Position numbers and translations under genes: made by a program. Source: Betaproteobacteria bacterium (GTDB lineage Bacteria > Pseudomonadota > Gammaproteobacteria > Burkholderiales > Ferrovaceae). From it: 64,000 nucleotides of DNA. The stretch lies in contig JAGXAW010000002.1 of the NCBI GenBank assembly GCA_018971415.1, forward strand, positions 9,261 through 73,260, written 5' to 3'. Under the pieces are notes generated by a model, which saw nothing but the letters and a program-made list of their open reading frames with translations, was not told the DNA's origin and made no database searches. Below, piece by piece: positions 38,431-51,048 of the stretch (position 1 is the stretch's first letter; each line of letters opens with the position of its first letter).

Positions 38431-39486
38431 TTAAGTTATTGATGACTTAAGTGCGTTTAAAAATAAAGTATTTTCTTCTTCTGAACCCACAGTGACGCGT
38501 AAACACCCTTTAAGGCTGCTGTGCGCATTATTTAAGTTCTTGATTAATATACCACGTTCGAGTATTCGATTAAACACGTCTTGGGCCTGCGCTACTCTTA
38601 ACAACACAAAATTGGCCTCACTAGGAAAAAGATGCACTTGATTTAATTGAGAAATTTCTCGAATTAAACGGCTTCGCTCAATTTTAATTTTCTCTGTTTG
38701 CGCTTTAAATAAAGCATAGTGTTGTAACAGTAGTCGAGTGGCTTGTTGATCTAAAACAGAAATATTGTAGGGCAAACGAACTTTATTAATTTCACCAATA
38801 ATTTCTACAGGACCTGCTAAAAACCCTAATCTAACCCCTGCCAAACCTAATTTTGATAAGGTACGCATAACAACCAAATTAGGAAATTGCATGAGTCGAG
38901 ATAACATCGAACGATCAGTGAAAGGAAAATAAGCCTCATCAATAACTACCAGCTTTTTACTTTTTTCTATCACGCTAAGAAGTGTTTCTTCATCAAAACA
39001 GTTCCCCGTTGGATTATTGGGGTAGGCTAAAAAAATAATTTCAGGCTGATGCTCCTCAATAGCTGACAAAATAGCATCTCGATCCAATGAAAAATCTTGA
39101 TTTAATCCAACGCCCACGTACTTCATGCCTACAAAGGTAGCAATCATTTTAAACATCACAAAGGACGGATCAACACCCATTACAACTGCATTGGGTTTGG
39201 CCACAGCCATGGCGATCATTTGAATAATCTCGTCAGAACCATTACCTAAAATGATTTCTGCTTGAGGATGAATGGAAAAGACCTGTCTAATCTCGTCTTT
39301 AACCAAGTTAGCGTTAGGATCTGGATAGCGGTTTAAAGCTAACGATGGAAGACTTGCAGCAAGTATTTCTTGTAATTCGGCTGGAAGAGGATAAGGGTTC
39401 TCCATCGCGTCGAGTTTAATTAAACCCTCTGCAGAAGGAACATGATAGGCGCTCAGTGCACGTATTTCAGGACGAATATAATCCAT
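38431..39486 (-). CDS. hisC: Histidinol-phosphate aminotransferase
   Basis: GNGSDE, PNNPTG, DEAY, RTLSK.GLAG.R. Confidence 0.95.
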   Translation of the reverse strand: MDYIRPEIRALSAYHVPSAEGLIKLDAMENPYPLPAELQEILAASLPSLALNRYPDPNANLVKDEIRQVFSIHPQAEIILGNGSDEIIQMIAMAVAKPNAVVMGVDPSFVMFKMIATFVGMKYVGVGLNQDFSLDRDAILSAIEEHQPEIIFLAYPNNPTGNCFDEETLLSVIEKSKKLVVIDEAYFPFTDRSMLSRLMQFPNLVVMRTLSKLGLAGVRLGFLAGPVEIIGEINKVRLPYNISVLDQQATRLLLQHYALFKAQTEKIKIERSRLIREISQLNQVHLFPSEANFVLLRVAQAQDVFNRILERGILIKNLNNAHSSLKGCLRVTVGSEEENTLFLNALKSSIT

Positions 39487-40793
39487 TATTTTTCCAAACG
39501 AAATTCAGCTGAGCGTGCATGTGCAACCAATCCTTCTCCATGAGCCAGTTGTGATGCTATATGTCCTAGCCTCTGAGCACCGCGTTGTGAGACGTGAATA
39601 ATACTGGAGCGCTTCTGAAAATCATAGACTCCTAAAGGGGATGCAAAACGCGCCGTTCTCCCGGTAGGAAGAACATGGTTAGGTCCTGCACAGTAGTCAC
39701 CGAGAGATTCCGAACTATACTGGCCCATAAAAATAGCGCCAGCGTGTTTGATTTTATCTAATAACTCTTCAGGATTCGCCACTGATAATTCAAGATGCTC
39801 TGGAGCAATATGGTTTGAAATAGTGCAAGCCTCTTCTAAATTTTCCACCAAAATCATGGCTCCTCGTGACCGCAATGAAGCACTGATTACTTCTTTGCGT
39901 GGCATGGTCTCTAATAAACGAGAGACAGACTGTTCTATCTGTTGCAAATAGTCAAAGTCAGGACACAACAAAATCGCTTGAGCAATTTCGTCGTGTTCAG
40001 CCTGAGAGAATAAGTCCATTGCTACCCAATCAGCCGGAGTCGTACCATCGGCAATAACTAAAATTTCCGAGGGTCCAGCAACCATATCAATTCCCACCAC
40101 GCCAAAAACCCGTCTTTTAGCAGCTGCCACGTAGGCATTACCAGGACCAACAATTTTATCTACTGCGGGAATACTGGCCGTACCATAAGCAAGCGCTGCG
40201 ACAGCCTGAGCACCCCCTACCGTAAAGACTTGATCAACCCCTGCCACATAAGCGGCCGCCAGAACCAAAGGATTTTTTATGTTATCTGGAGTTGGGACTA
40301 CCATAATAATTTGTCCCACCCCCGCCACTTTAGCTGGAATCGCATTCATAAGTACCGATGAAGGGTAAGCTGCTTTGCCGCCGGGCACATATATACCTAC
40401 CCTATCTAAGGGAGTGATCTTTTGGCCTAATACAGTCCCATCTTCTTCTGTATAGGTCCATCCTTCACTTTTTTGTTTTTCATGAAAACTTCTAATACGC
40501 TCAGCCGCAGTAGTCAGGGCGTATTTTTGAGTTTCAGAGAGCGCATCAAAGGCTTTTTTGCATTCTTCCTTAGACAACCGCAGTTCATCCACGTGATGAA
40601 TTTGACGTCGATCAAATTGCTCTGTGTACTCAATTAATGCTTTATCACCATACAATTTAACTTGCCCAACAATATCAGCCACTCTTTGATCTAAAGTTGG
40701 GTCCTGCGCCGCCTCAAAGGCTGTTAACCTGTTGAGCTGTACTAAAAAATCCTTATCTTTTGAATTGAGTTTTCGCATCATGATGTTAAACAA
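39486..40793 (-). CDS. hisD: Histidinol dehydrogenase
   Basis: [42 protein letters not shown]. Confidence 0.95.
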   Translation of the reverse strand: MFNIMMRKLNSKDKDFLVQLNRLTAFEAAQDPTLDQRVADIVGQVKLYGDKALIEYTEQFDRRQIHHVDELRLSKEECKKAFDALSETQKYALTTAAERIRSFHEKQKSEGWTYTEEDGTVLGQKITPLDRVGIYVPGGKAAYPSSVLMNAIPAKVAGVGQIIMVVPTPDNIKNPLVLAAAYVAGVDQVFTVGGAQAVAALAYGTASIPAVDKIVGPGNAYVAAAKRRVFGVVGIDMVAGPSEILVIADGTTPADWVAMDLFSQAEHDEIAQAILLCPDFDYLQQIEQSVSRLLETMPRKEVISASLRSRGAMILVENLEEACTISNHIAPEHLELSVANPEELLDKIKHAGAIFMGQYSSESLGDYCAGPNHVLPTGRTARFASPLGVYDFQKRSSIIHVSQRGAQRLGHIASQLAHGEGLVAHARSAEFRLEK

Positions 40794-41430
40794 CCTGCAA
40801 AATTTGTCATTATGGGTTCAATCTCTTCGCGCTTGAGTTTCCAAGAGGCCACATTAATGACCAATCTGGCGCTGATAGGAGTGATCTCTTCAACGGCCTC
40901 AAGATTATTGGCTTTTAACGTATTACCACTACTCACCAAGTCCACTATGGCGTCAGCGAGTCCCGTTAAAGGAGCGAGCTCCATAGATCCATATAATTTA
41001 ATCAAATCAACATGGACGCCTTTTTGAGCAAAATGCTGTTGTGCTGAATACATGTACTTTGTAGCGACTTTTAATCTTGCACCACGCTTAATCATGCCCT
41101 GATAATCAAAACCCTTAGGCACAGCAACCATAAGTCGACAGCGTGCAATATTTAAATCAAGGGGCTGATATAAGCCCTCGCCGCCATGCTCAATTAGCAC
41201 GTCCTTACCTGCAATACCAAGGTCTGCGGCGCCATGCTGAACATAAGTGGGCACATCGGAGGCACGAACAATCACCAACCTAACCCGTGAGTTGTTGGTC
41301 GGCAGAATAAGCTCTCGTGAACTTTCAGGATCCACTAGAGGCACGATACCCGCTGCTTTGAGCAGAGGTTTTGTATCCTCAAAGATTCTCCCCTTAGATA
41401 GGGCAATGGTAATTCCGTCAAATACACTCA

Positions 41431-41431
<1 letters not shown>
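40778..41431 (-). CDS. hisG: ATP phosphoribosyltransferase, short form
   Basis: ALSKGRI, DVPTYV..G.AD.GI.GKD, GSMELAP. Confidence 0.95.
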
Positions 41432-42702
<1,271 letters not shown>

Positions 42703-42945
42703 TTATTTAAGCCCGACTTGCCATTGTTCTGGAGTCAATGTTTTCATTGAAAGAGCATGAATTTCTGCTCGCATCCTGTCCCCCAGTGCTTGATACACCA
42801 GTTGATGTTGAGCGATTTTTGATTTCCCAGCAAATTCTGCGCTCACAATAACTGCTTCAAAATGATGGCCATCACCAGCCACTTCCACATATTGGCAAGA
42901 TAAACCTTTCTCGATATAACCTTTAATTTCTTGGGGCGTAACCAT
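42703..42945 (-). CDS. BolA/IbaG family protein
   Basis: GDGHHF..VIVS..F.G...I..HQ.VY, IHALS.KT. Confidence 0.9.
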   Translation of the reverse strand: MVTPQEIKGYIEKGLSCQYVEVAGDGHHFEAVIVSAEFAGKSKIAQHQLVYQALGDRMRAEIHALSMKTLTPEQWQVGLK

Positions 42946-42957
42946 AATTACTCCTAT

Positions 42958-43713
42958 TTATCCTCGTAAGCGCCAACCACTTTTTAAAATGGATAGAGTT
43001 ATCCATAACAAAACCAAACCCACACCCCCGACAATCGTTAATGACAACCAGGGAGAAACGTCTGAATGGCTAAAAAAACCATAACGAAAACCATCTATCA
43101 TATACAAAAAGGGATTTAACCGAGAAATCGTATTCCATGGCGAAGATAAACTAGATATAGAATAAAATGCACCCGATAGAAATGTCAGCGGAACAATGAT
43201 AAAGTTTTGCCAAGCCGCCATTTGGTCAAATTTTTCTGCCGCAATCCCCGCAATGATCCCCAATGTTGAAGCCACAACAGTGGAAATACAGCCAAACAAA
43301 ATAATCCATAAAGGATTGGCAAACGGAAGTTTAAAGAAGAACAAAGACGTTAATAAAACAACCGTCCCTACAATCATACCCCTTATCATCGCAGCAACCA
43401 CGTAAGCCCAGTAAAACTCCAACTCAGACAATGGGGTTAGCAATATAAATACCAGATTACCAGTCACCTTTGATTGAATAAGACTTGATGAACTGTTTGC
43501 AAAAGCATTCTGTAACATGGCCATCATCATGAGGCCAGGAATTAAAAAAACACCGTAACTGACTCCGGGATAAATATCACTGTGTGTCGACAATACATGT
43601 GCAAAAATAACCAAATACAAAAGAGTAGACACCAAAGGAGCCAAAATGGTCTGGAAGGAGACTTTCCAAAACCTCATGATTTCTTTAATCAACAATGTTT
43701 TAAAACCTACCAT
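42958..43713 (-). CDS. ABC-2 type permease (YadH-like)
   Basis: Six TM segments, FLSGAFY, LNP..Y.IDGFRYGF. Confidence 0.85.
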   Translation of the reverse strand: MVGFKTLLIKEIMRFWKVSFQTILAPLVSTLLYLVIFAHVLSTHSDIYPGVSYGVFLIPGLMMMAMLQNAFANSSSSLIQSKVTGNLVFILLTPLSELEFYWAYVVAAMIRGMIVGTVVLLTSLFFFKLPFANPLWIILFGCISTVVASTLGIIAGIAAEKFDQMAAWQNFIIVPLTFLSGAFYSISSLSSPWNTISRLNPFLYMIDGFRYGFFSHSDVSPWLSLTIVGGVGLVLLWITLSILKSGWRLRG

Positions 43714-43715
43714 AA

Positions 43716-44447
43716 TTAACTTTTAACCTTTTCTTGCATAACAGAGACAAACACCTCTTCTAAAGATCCGGTAATACTTTCTTTAAGTAAATTTTCGGTG
43801 GTATCAAGTCTGATCAGATTACCTTTTTTCAAAATAGCAATTCGATTACACAAGGTTTCAGCTTCTTCTAGATAATGCGTAGTGAGTAAAATCGTATGGC
43901 CATCTTGATTGAGTCGCTTAATGAACTGCCATAGTGTTTGCCGTAACTCCACATCGACTCCAGCTGTCGGCTCATCTAAGACAATAACCGGAGGGCGGTG
44001 AACCAATGCCTGAGCAATGAGCACTCTTCTTTTCATTCCGCCAGATAAGGTCCTCATGTTATTCTCAGCCTTATCGCTAAGTTGTAAGTTACTTAAGATC
44101 TCATCAATCCAATCATCGTTGTTACTGATCCCAAAATACCCTGATTGAATCCTTAAAGTCTCTCGAACAGAGAAGAATGGATCAAAAACCAATTCCTGAG
44201 GAACCACACCTAAACTTTTTCTGGCATTTTTGTAATCTAAAGTCACATCATGGCCCATAACGCGTAAAGAACCAGCAGTTGGACGAGATAAACCTGATAA
44301 CAAATTAATTAAAGTGGTTTTTCCAGCACCATTAGGGCCAAGTAAGGCAAAAAACTCTCCCTGATCAATAGTTAAATCTATTGAGTTAAGAGCTAATAAA
44401 TGACCAAAGCGCTTTTCAGCGCCTCGAATTTCAATGGCTGGAATCAT
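43716..44447 (-). CDS. ABC transporter ATP-binding protein (YadG-like)
   Basis: [26 protein letters not shown]. Confidence 0.9.
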   Translation of the reverse strand: MIPAIEIRGAEKRFGHLLALNSIDLTIDQGEFFALLGPNGAGKTTLINLLSGLSRPTAGSLRVMGHDVTLDYKNARKSLGVVPQELVFDPFFSVRETLRIQSGYFGISNNDDWIDEILSNLQLSDKAENNMRTLSGGMKRRVLIAQALVHRPPVIVLDEPTAGVDVELRQTLWQFIKRLNQDGHTILLTTHYLEEAETLCNRIAILKKGNLIRLDTTENLLKESITGSLEEVFVSVMQEKVKS

Positions 44448-44461
44448 AGTAAACCAAAAAT

Positions 44462-44737
44462 TTATTTAAACAAAAAAGCAACACCGTATAGATCAGCAAG
44501 GGTTGTAAGGTTCACAGGAACCTGACTGAACGACAATTGTGTGTTCGCAGCTTCCGCGTCTCTTCTCCATTGTAAAATCATGGCAAGTGCAGAGGAGTCG
44601 ATTTCAGTTGTTTCAGAAAAATCAATTAATACATTATGTTGTTTAATTAATGAGGAAACCTCATCGGCTATCTTATTAACTGTATTAATTACAATAGCAC
44701 CTTTGGGTTTATATGCTTGAAAATCTAATGAATTCAT
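44462..44737 (-). CDS. mlaB: STAS-domain protein
   Basis: IDSSALA..L.W, LADLYGV; operon position. Confidence 0.85.
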   Translation of the reverse strand: MNSLDFQAYKPKGAIVINTVNKIADEVSSLIKQHNVLIDFSETTEIDSSALAMILQWRRDAEAANTQLSFSQVPVNLTTLADLYGVAFLFK

Positions 44738-45357
44738 TTTTTTTCAGCTAATTTACTTTTTTCTTGTAAGGCTTTAATTAACCCATCAACACCATTACGA
44801 ATAATTTGCTCGTTAAATTCTCCGCGATAATTCGTTACTAAACTCACACCGTCAACACGTATGTCGTAGACTTTCCAACCGTCAGCTTGTTTTTCCATAG
44901 CGTAATCAATTGGAATTTCGTTACCTCCAGATGGAACAATAACTGTATGCACAATAACATCTGCATCAGCCTCATCACTTGTTTTCTCTGAGCCCTTTAT
45001 CTGAACGATCTGATCTTTATACTGACTTAATGAAGAGGCGTAGGTTCTTACCAGAAGACTTCTAAAGTTATCTACCAACTGACTTTTTTGGCTATCATCT
45101 GCTTTCCGCCAATTTTTTCCCATTGCGAGGCGTGTCATACGAACAAAATCAAAATGAGGCAAAACCTTATCGTTAATCAACGCATAAGCTTTTTGTCGAT
45201 CGCCATTGCGTATGGCTTTGTCCGCTTTTAATGTGGCTATGACATCATTGGCCGTATTTTTAATGGTATCGGTAGCACTTGTCATACTTGACTGTGCGTT
45301 CGCCACTAGGGATAAGACAAACAGTAAGGAAATCCAACTTTTTGAAATCAATTTCAC
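44734..45357 (-). CDS. mlaC: Periplasmic phospholipid shuttle
   Basis: Signal peptide, F.F.RMT.LA.G..WR, WKVYD..V.GVSL..NYR. Confidence 0.9.
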   Translation of the reverse strand: MKLISKSWISLLFVLSLVANAQSSMTSATDTIKNTANDVIATLKADKAIRNGDRQKAYALINDKVLPHFDFVRMTRLAMGKNWRKADDSQKSQLVDNFRSLLVRTYASSLSQYKDQIVQIKGSEKTSDEADADVIVHTVIVPSGGNEIPIDYAMEKQADGWKVYDIRVDGVSLVTNYRGEFNEQIIRNGVDGLIKALQEKSKLAEKK

Positions 45358-45836
45358 TTGGCCGCTCCTTTGGTAGAGGAAGTATCTTGCGCTTTGTTAT
45401 ACAAAAACTGTCCAATAAGTTTCTCTAATACCACCGCTCCTTGTACCAACTTTATTTGATCACCGTTTTTTAAATACTTGTCATCGCCACCAGCATCAAG
45501 ACTGACGTATTGCTCACCTAAAATGCCAGAGGTCAAAATAGATGCTGAAGTGTCCACAGGAAATTTAAACTGGCTGTCGATAGCGAGTTTTACCTCAGCA
45601 TTGTATTGCTTGCTATCAAATTGAATAGCTTTAACTCGACCCACCAGTACTCCAGCGCTTCTAATGGGAGCTCTTTCTTTTAATTGACCGATGTTATCAA
45701 AATGAGCCGTCACAATATAAGTCTCATTACTGCTACTTAAATTCAAATTACCAACCTTAAAGGCCAGCATTAGAAAAGAAAAAAAGCCCAGTAATACAAA
45801 AATACCTACCCATAAATTGAGTGTACTTCGTTCCAT
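45354..45836 (-). CDS. mlaD: MCE-domain protein
   Basis: F.NIG.LK...P....GV.VGRV, T.G.LGEQY. Confidence 0.95.
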   Translation of the reverse strand: MERSTLNLWVGIFVLLGFFSFLMLAFKVGNLNLSSSNETYIVTAHFDNIGQLKERAPIRSAGVLVGRVKAIQFDSKQYNAEVKLAIDSQFKFPVDTSASILTSGILGEQYVSLDAGGDDKYLKNGDQIKLVQGAVVLEKLIGQFLYNKAQDTSSTKGAAK

Positions 45837-46631
45837 TTAATTCCATCCTTTCAACATAAATGCAGTAAGAACCAGATCCAGCGCCAAGACCGCTAATGAC
45901 GAACTAACAACTGTTCTGGTGGTTGCACCAGAGACTCCTTCGGCAGTTGGCGGGGCCTCATAACCTTCAAAAGTGGCTATCGCTGAAATAGCCACTCCAA
46001 ATACCAAGCTTTTAATAATGCCATTAACAATATCGTGTTCAAAATCCACTGCAGATTGCATTTGTGACCAGAAAGATCCGCTATCAACACCAATTAAAAC
46101 CACAGCGATTAAATAGCCTCCGATAATCCCCATGGCACTAAATAATAAAGCCAGTAGCGGAAGAGAGATTACCCCTCCCCAAAATCGAGGAGCAACCACT
46201 CGGGATATAGGATTAACCGCCATCATTTCCATGGCAGAGAGTTGCTCAGTTGCCTTCATCAGGCCAATTTCCGCAGTAATTGCAGAACCAGCTCTGCTGG
46301 CAAATAGAAGGGCAGAGACCACAGGACCCAGCTCTCTGACTAATGATAAAGCAACCAACACCCCCACACTGTCTTCAGAGCCGTAGCGCTGTAAGGTTTC
46401 ATGACCTTGCAAGCCCAACACCATGCCAACAAAAAGTCCAGACACTAAAATGATAATTAAGGACTGTACACCAGCAAAATAGACCTCTCGAATAGTTAGA
46501 GAAAAACGCTTAAAACTGGCCGCCGAATGGATCAATATAGAAAACAAAAAAGAGGCGATGGCACCAATTCTCTCAACAATTTTGAGAGTTCTATCACCAA
46601 CGATTCTGATTCCTGACACTATGTTAGTCAT
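45837..46631 (-). CDS. mlaE: Mla ABC permease
   Basis: RELGPV..ALLFA.RAGSA..AEIG.M...EQ. Confidence 0.95.
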   Translation of the reverse strand: MTNIVSGIRIVGDRTLKIVERIGAIASFLFSILIHSAASFKRFSLTIREVYFAGVQSLIIILVSGLFVGMVLGLQGHETLQRYGSEDSVGVLVALSLVRELGPVVSALLFASRAGSAITAEIGLMKATEQLSAMEMMAVNPISRVVAPRFWGGVISLPLLALLFSAMGIIGGYLIAVVLIGVDSGSFWSQMQSAVDFEHDIVNGIIKSLVFGVAISAIATFEGYEAPPTAEGVSGATTRTVVSSSLAVLALDLVLTAFMLKGWN

Positions 46632-46639
46632 GGCCGATA

Positions 46640-47440
46640 TTACCCACCCATTAGTTCTAAATCATGTTTTAATGATTGCGCTGGATAATGAAAAGGCATA
46701 GGCCCATCCATTTCCCCCCAAATAAATTGATGTACAAAGGGCAAATCTGACCCCCTAATCTCGTCTGGTGTTCCTTGAGCCACAATCACACCGTCTGATA
46801 CAAAGTAAATGTAATCGACAATCTTAAGAGACTCTTGCACATCATGCGTCACTAAAACCGATGTTGTACCCAATGTATCGTTTAACTTTCTGATTAATTG
46901 ACCAATCACCCCGAGAGAAATGGGATCAAGCCCAGTAAATGGCTCATCGTAGAGCATTAATTGAGGGTCTAGGGCAATTGCTCTGGCCAGAGCAACCCGT
47001 CTTGCCATCCCTCCAGATAACTCTGAAGGCATCATATGATGCATTCCCCTCAGGCCTACTGCGTTCAACTTTAATAGTGTTAAATCTTGAATGAACGTTT
47101 CTGAAAGGTCCGTATGCTCGCGCATCTGAAAGGCCACATTGTCAAACACTGACAGGTCTGTGAACAGTGCACCAAACTGAAATAACATACCCAGCTTACG
47201 ACGAAAACGGTATAACTCTGCCTGTGATAAATCGTTCAGTTTTTCACCCGCTACAGTTACCGTTCCTTCAGAGGCTCTTAATTGCCCTCCCATTAGCCTG
47301 AGCAGCGTCGTTTTTCCGCATCCACTTAAACCCATGATAGCAACCAGACTGCCCTTGGGTACAGTCAAATTGATCCCTTTTAAGACTAAACGTGAGTTAT
47401 AGCCAAAGTTTAGGTTCGCAATTTCAACAAGATTGGTCAC
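46640..47440 (-). CDS. mlaF: Mla ABC ATPase
   Basis: GLSGCGKTT, LSGGMARR, YDEPF.G.DP. Confidence 0.95.
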   Translation of the reverse strand: MTNLVEIANLNFGYNSRLVLKGINLTVPKGSLVAIMGLSGCGKTTLLRLMGGQLRASEGTVTVAGEKLNDLSQAELYRFRRKLGMLFQFGALFTDLSVFDNVAFQMREHTDLSETFIQDLTLLKLNAVGLRGMHHMMPSELSGGMARRVALARAIALDPQLMLYDEPFTGLDPISLGVIGQLIRKLNDTLGTTSVLVTHDVQESLKIVDYIYFVSDGVIVAQGTPDEIRGSDLPFVHQFIWGEMDGPMPFHYPAQSLKHDLELMGG

Positions 47441-47506
47441 AGTATTTAAGGATTACATTGATTAAAGCCTATTATTTTAAACCAGTTAATACGTTTACGT
47501 ACAAAA

Positions 47507-49480
47507 TCATTTGTCACCTTGTAACAGGTAATTCTCAGCGTGCGCCAACCTGTCTCTCGGGCCCAATAATACAATGACATCTTGAGCCAGTATTTGTGTT
47601 TCGGGCTCAGGATGTAAATTTCTGACACCATGTCGACGAATAGCCGTAATCTCTACCCCTTCGCAGCCGCGCATAAGATCTCTTAGTTTTCTACCCTTAG
47701 CAAAGGCGTTATCCATCACTAAAATGGAGATAAGTCTTGGTTGATCAACCTCATCAAGGTCAATGTTTTCATCACTCACTCCTCTAAAAAAACCACGCAT
47801 TAAGTGATATCGCTCCGCGCGTACCTGCCTAATTCTTTTGAGGACCTTAGAGAGCGGAATACCAAGCTCAAGCATGGCATGAGAGGCAAGCATTAGAGAA
47901 CCCTCTAAAATCTCTGGAACTACTTCTGCTGCACCTGCATTTTTGAGTTTATCAAGATCGGTATCATCATAAGTCCTAATAATGACTGGAATACCTGGTT
48001 CTAATTCTCTAACATGGTTAATTATGGCTAAAGAGACTGCCGTATCAGCAAAGGTAACAATAACCGCAGAAGCTCGGTGAACGCCGGCAGCAATAAGTAC
48101 CTCTCGACGGCTTGCGTCACCATACACAACCGACTCACCAGCAACGGCTGCAGCACGAACACGCTGCGTATCTTTATCAAGGGCAATCACCGCAAGAGAT
48201 TCTTGCTCTAAAAAGCGTGTTAAAGTTTGCCCGCTACGACCGTAACCACAGACAATCACATGGTCTTTTGAGCTATAGGTTTTAGCCGCCAATTGATGAA
48301 GCGCTACTGCACGCATTGACCACTCACTTTCGCAACAATATAAAACTATACGGTCACTCATCTGAATGAGAAGAGGAGAGATCATCATCGAAATAAGCAT
48401 TGAGGCCAACACGATTTGTAAAACTGCGTGAGGGATAAAATCAAAACTTTCTGACTGTGCGAGTAACACAAAACCAAATTCACCAGCAGGTGCAATGGCT
48501 AAAGCTGTACGTAATGAAACTGAATCTATGTTTCCCCACACTCGACTTGATACATAAGCTATCAGTAATTTAGTAATCATGATGATAGCTATACCCAGCA
48601 GTACCCAGAGTAGATTTTGAGCCACAATATGAATATTTAATAATGCTCCGATAGTGATAAAGAAAAGCCCTAATAAAATATCTCTAAAGGGTTTAATATA
48701 ATCTTCCACTTGATAACGATAATCCGTTTCAGAAATTAAGATGCCGGAGACAAATGCTCCTAAAGCCAAAGACAAACCGGCTTTTTCTGTAATATAAGAC
48801 ATACCTAATGTCACCAATAAGACATTGAGTAAAAAAACCTCAGATGATTTTTCTTTTGCGATCCAATAAAATAATTTATCAAGGATTTTTTTGCCTAATC
48901 CCAACATTAAAATTAAGACCAAAGTCGCTTTTAAAAAAGCCAAAGCCAAAATTTTGAATAAATAGTTGTGGGGAGCGGCCAAGGAAGAAATCAAAATTAA
49001 GAAAGGGACAACGGCCAAATCCTGAAACAGCAATATCCCCATAATTCTTTGGCCATGTATAGATTTCATCTCTAAACGCTCAGCAAGTAAGCGGGCCATA
49101 ATGGCAGTTGATGATAGTGATAAGGCGCCAGATAAAATCAAATTGGCTTGCCAAGATAACGAAATGGCGTAACCAAAACTAAAGAATACAAGAAAAGAAA
49201 CTAATAGTTGCGTGCCACCTAAGCCAAAAACAGTTTTTTTCATGGCAGCTAATTGTCCAAGACTAAACTCAAGACCAACTGTGAACATTAAAAAAACAAT
49301 ACCAAAGTTAGCAAGTTGAGCAGTCGTTTCCTCCTGCGGTACTAGACCTGTAGCATTAGGGCCTATAATGATACCCGCAAGCAGATAACCAAAGATGGGG
49401 GGCAGTCCTAGACGTTTACATAAAGAAACAGCTAGGATGGCTGAAATTAAAAGAATTAGTGTTAGGTTGAGCGAATCCAT
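47507..49480 (-). CDS. CPA2 monovalent cation/proton antiporter (Kef-like) with RCK_N and RCK_C domains
   Basis: LFQD, FF..IG, GEFGF, CGYGRSG, C-terminal TrkA-C. Confidence 0.9.
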   Translation of the reverse strand: MDSLNLTLILLISAILAVSLCKRLGLPPIFGYLLAGIIIGPNATGLVPQEETTAQLANFGIVFLMFTVGLEFSLGQLAAMKKTVFGLGGTQLLVSFLVFFSFGYAISLSWQANLILSGALSLSSTAIMARLLAERLEMKSIHGQRIMGILLFQDLAVVPFLILISSLAAPHNYLFKILALAFLKATLVLILMLGLGKKILDKLFYWIAKEKSSEVFLLNVLLVTLGMSYITEKAGLSLALGAFVSGILISETDYRYQVEDYIKPFRDILLGLFFITIGALLNIHIVAQNLLWVLLGIAIIMITKLLIAYVSSRVWGNIDSVSLRTALAIAPAGEFGFVLLAQSESFDFIPHAVLQIVLASMLISMMISPLLIQMSDRIVLYCCESEWSMRAVALHQLAAKTYSSKDHVIVCGYGRSGQTLTRFLEQESLAVIALDKDTQRVRAAAVAGESVVYGDASRREVLIAAGVHRASAVIVTFADTAVSLAIINHVRELEPGIPVIIRTYDDTDLDKLKNAGAAEVVPEILEGSLMLASHAMLELGIPLSKVLKRIRQVRAERYHLMRGFFRGVSDENIDLDEVDQPRLISILVMDNAFAKGRKLRDLMRGCEGVEITAIRRHGVRNLHPEPETQILAQDVIVLLGPRDRLAHAENYLLQGDK

Positions 49481-49506
49481 ACTAGGCTCAAGTATAATCT
49501 TAATTT

Positions 49507-50511
49507 ATGACTAATCATTCTATGAATACACACATATTTTCAGACCAAGACATCCTTGAACAGGCAAAATTGGTTTTACAAATGGAAGCTGAAGCCATTC
49601 AAGCCCTAAAATCACGTCTAAATGAAGATTTTATAGCCGCTCATCATCTCCTTATTAACTGCCAAGGTCGAGTGGTCGTTAGCGGTATGGGTAAATCAGG
49701 GCATATTGGGAAGAAAATTGCTTCTTCCTTGGCTAGCACTGGTACCCCATCTTTCTTCATGCATCCTGCCGAAGCAAGTCATGGTGATCTTGGAATGATC
49801 TTACCAAATGATGTACTCATTGCCCTATCAAATTCTGGAGAAAGTGAAGAATTATTAACCATTGTTCCTTTGCTAAGACGAAGAGGTACAAAGGTAATTA
49901 GTATCACTGGAAATAGTCATTCCCGCTTAGCGCGTGTCGCCGATGTACATATTAATGCTGGAGTAGAACGTGAAGCTTGTCCTCATAACCTTGCGCCTAC
50001 TACAAGCACGACAACTGTTCTTGCTCTTGGTGACGCGTTAACCGTGACACTTTTACGTGCTAAGGGTTTTTCTGCTGATGACTTTGCCAGAACTCACCCT
50101 GGTGGCTCTCTAGGGAAGCGGCTATTGTTATCTGTTGATGAGATTATGCATTCCGGCAGCCAATTACCCATTAATCATATTAATGATAATTTAATTACCG
50201 CACTTAAAACCATGTCCGAGAAAGCTCTTGGACTTACAGCCATCGTTGATGAAAACGACAGATTACTTGGTATCTTTACAGATGGCGACTTAAGGAGAAC
50301 TATTGAAAGATTTTCATCTAATCTGAGTCAGATGACTATTGGCGAGGTCATGACAAGCAATCCGATTTCAGTTGTTTCTGGATCACTGGCTGTCGACGCA
50401 GCAGAACTGATGCAAAACAAAAAAATATTTGGTATTTGCGTATTAAATAGAAAACAGCAGTTAATTGGTGCATTTAATATGCATGATCTTCTACGCGCAG
50501 GAATCGTATAA
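49507..50511 (+). CDS. kdsD: Arabinose-5-phosphate isomerase
   Basis: GMGKSGH, EA.HGDLG, APT.ST, HPGG.LG, CBS pair. Confidence 0.95.
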   Translation: MTNHSMNTHIFSDQDILEQAKLVLQMEAEAIQALKSRLNEDFIAAHHLLINCQGRVVVSGMGKSGHIGKKIASSLASTGTPSFFMHPAEASHGDLGMILPNDVLIALSNSGESEELLTIVPLLRRRGTKVISITGNSHSRLARVADVHINAGVEREACPHNLAPTTSTTTVLALGDALTVTLLRAKGFSADDFARTHPGGSLGKRLLLSVDEIMHSGSQLPINHINDNLITALKTMSEKALGLTAIVDENDRLLGIFTDGDLRRTIERFSSNLSQMTIGEVMTSNPISVVSGSLAVDAAELMQNKKIFGICVLNRKQQLIGAFNMHDLLRAGIV

Positions 50512-51048
50512 ATGACTACCGCACTAAAAACCTTGTCTCACAGAACAAAATTAATAAGACTAATCGGTTTTGACGTCGATGGCATCATGACAAACGGACA
50601 ATTACATTTTAGTAGTAACGGCGAAGAAATTAAGTCATTTCATGTAAGAGACGGATTAGGCATTAAATTACTACAACGAATTGGCATTGAAGCTTGTATT
50701 ATTACAGGCAGACAATCCAATATTGTTGAAACTCGCGCAAAGGAACTAGGGATTCATCTGGTGTATCAAGGTGTAGATGACAAATTAACTGTTTTCAAAC
50801 ACATCATTGATGAAAAACAACTGTCTTGGGAAGAGTGTGCTTATATGGGAGACGATTTACAGGACTTACCCATACTTAAAAGATGTGGAATTTCATTAAC
50901 TGTTCCAGAAGCACCTCCGCTAATTCGCAACCAAGTAGACTGGATTGCATCAATAGGTGGTGGTCAAGGCGCTGTTCGTCAAGCAGCTGAATTTCTATTA
51001 AGTTCACGAGGACAATGGCAAGAGGCTATTGCACCATGGCTCGTATAA
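50512..51048 (+). CDS. kdsC: KDO 8-phosphate phosphatase
   Basis: FDVDG.MT.G, ITGR, YMGDD..D, GG.GAVR. Confidence 0.95.
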   Translation: MTTALKTLSHRTKLIRLIGFDVDGIMTNGQLHFSSNGEEIKSFHVRDGLGIKLLQRIGIEACIITGRQSNIVETRAKELGIHLVYQGVDDKLTVFKHIIDEKQLSWEECAYMGDDLQDLPILKRCGISLTVPEAPPLIRNQVDWIASIGGGQGAVRQAAEFLLSSRGQWQEAIAPWLV

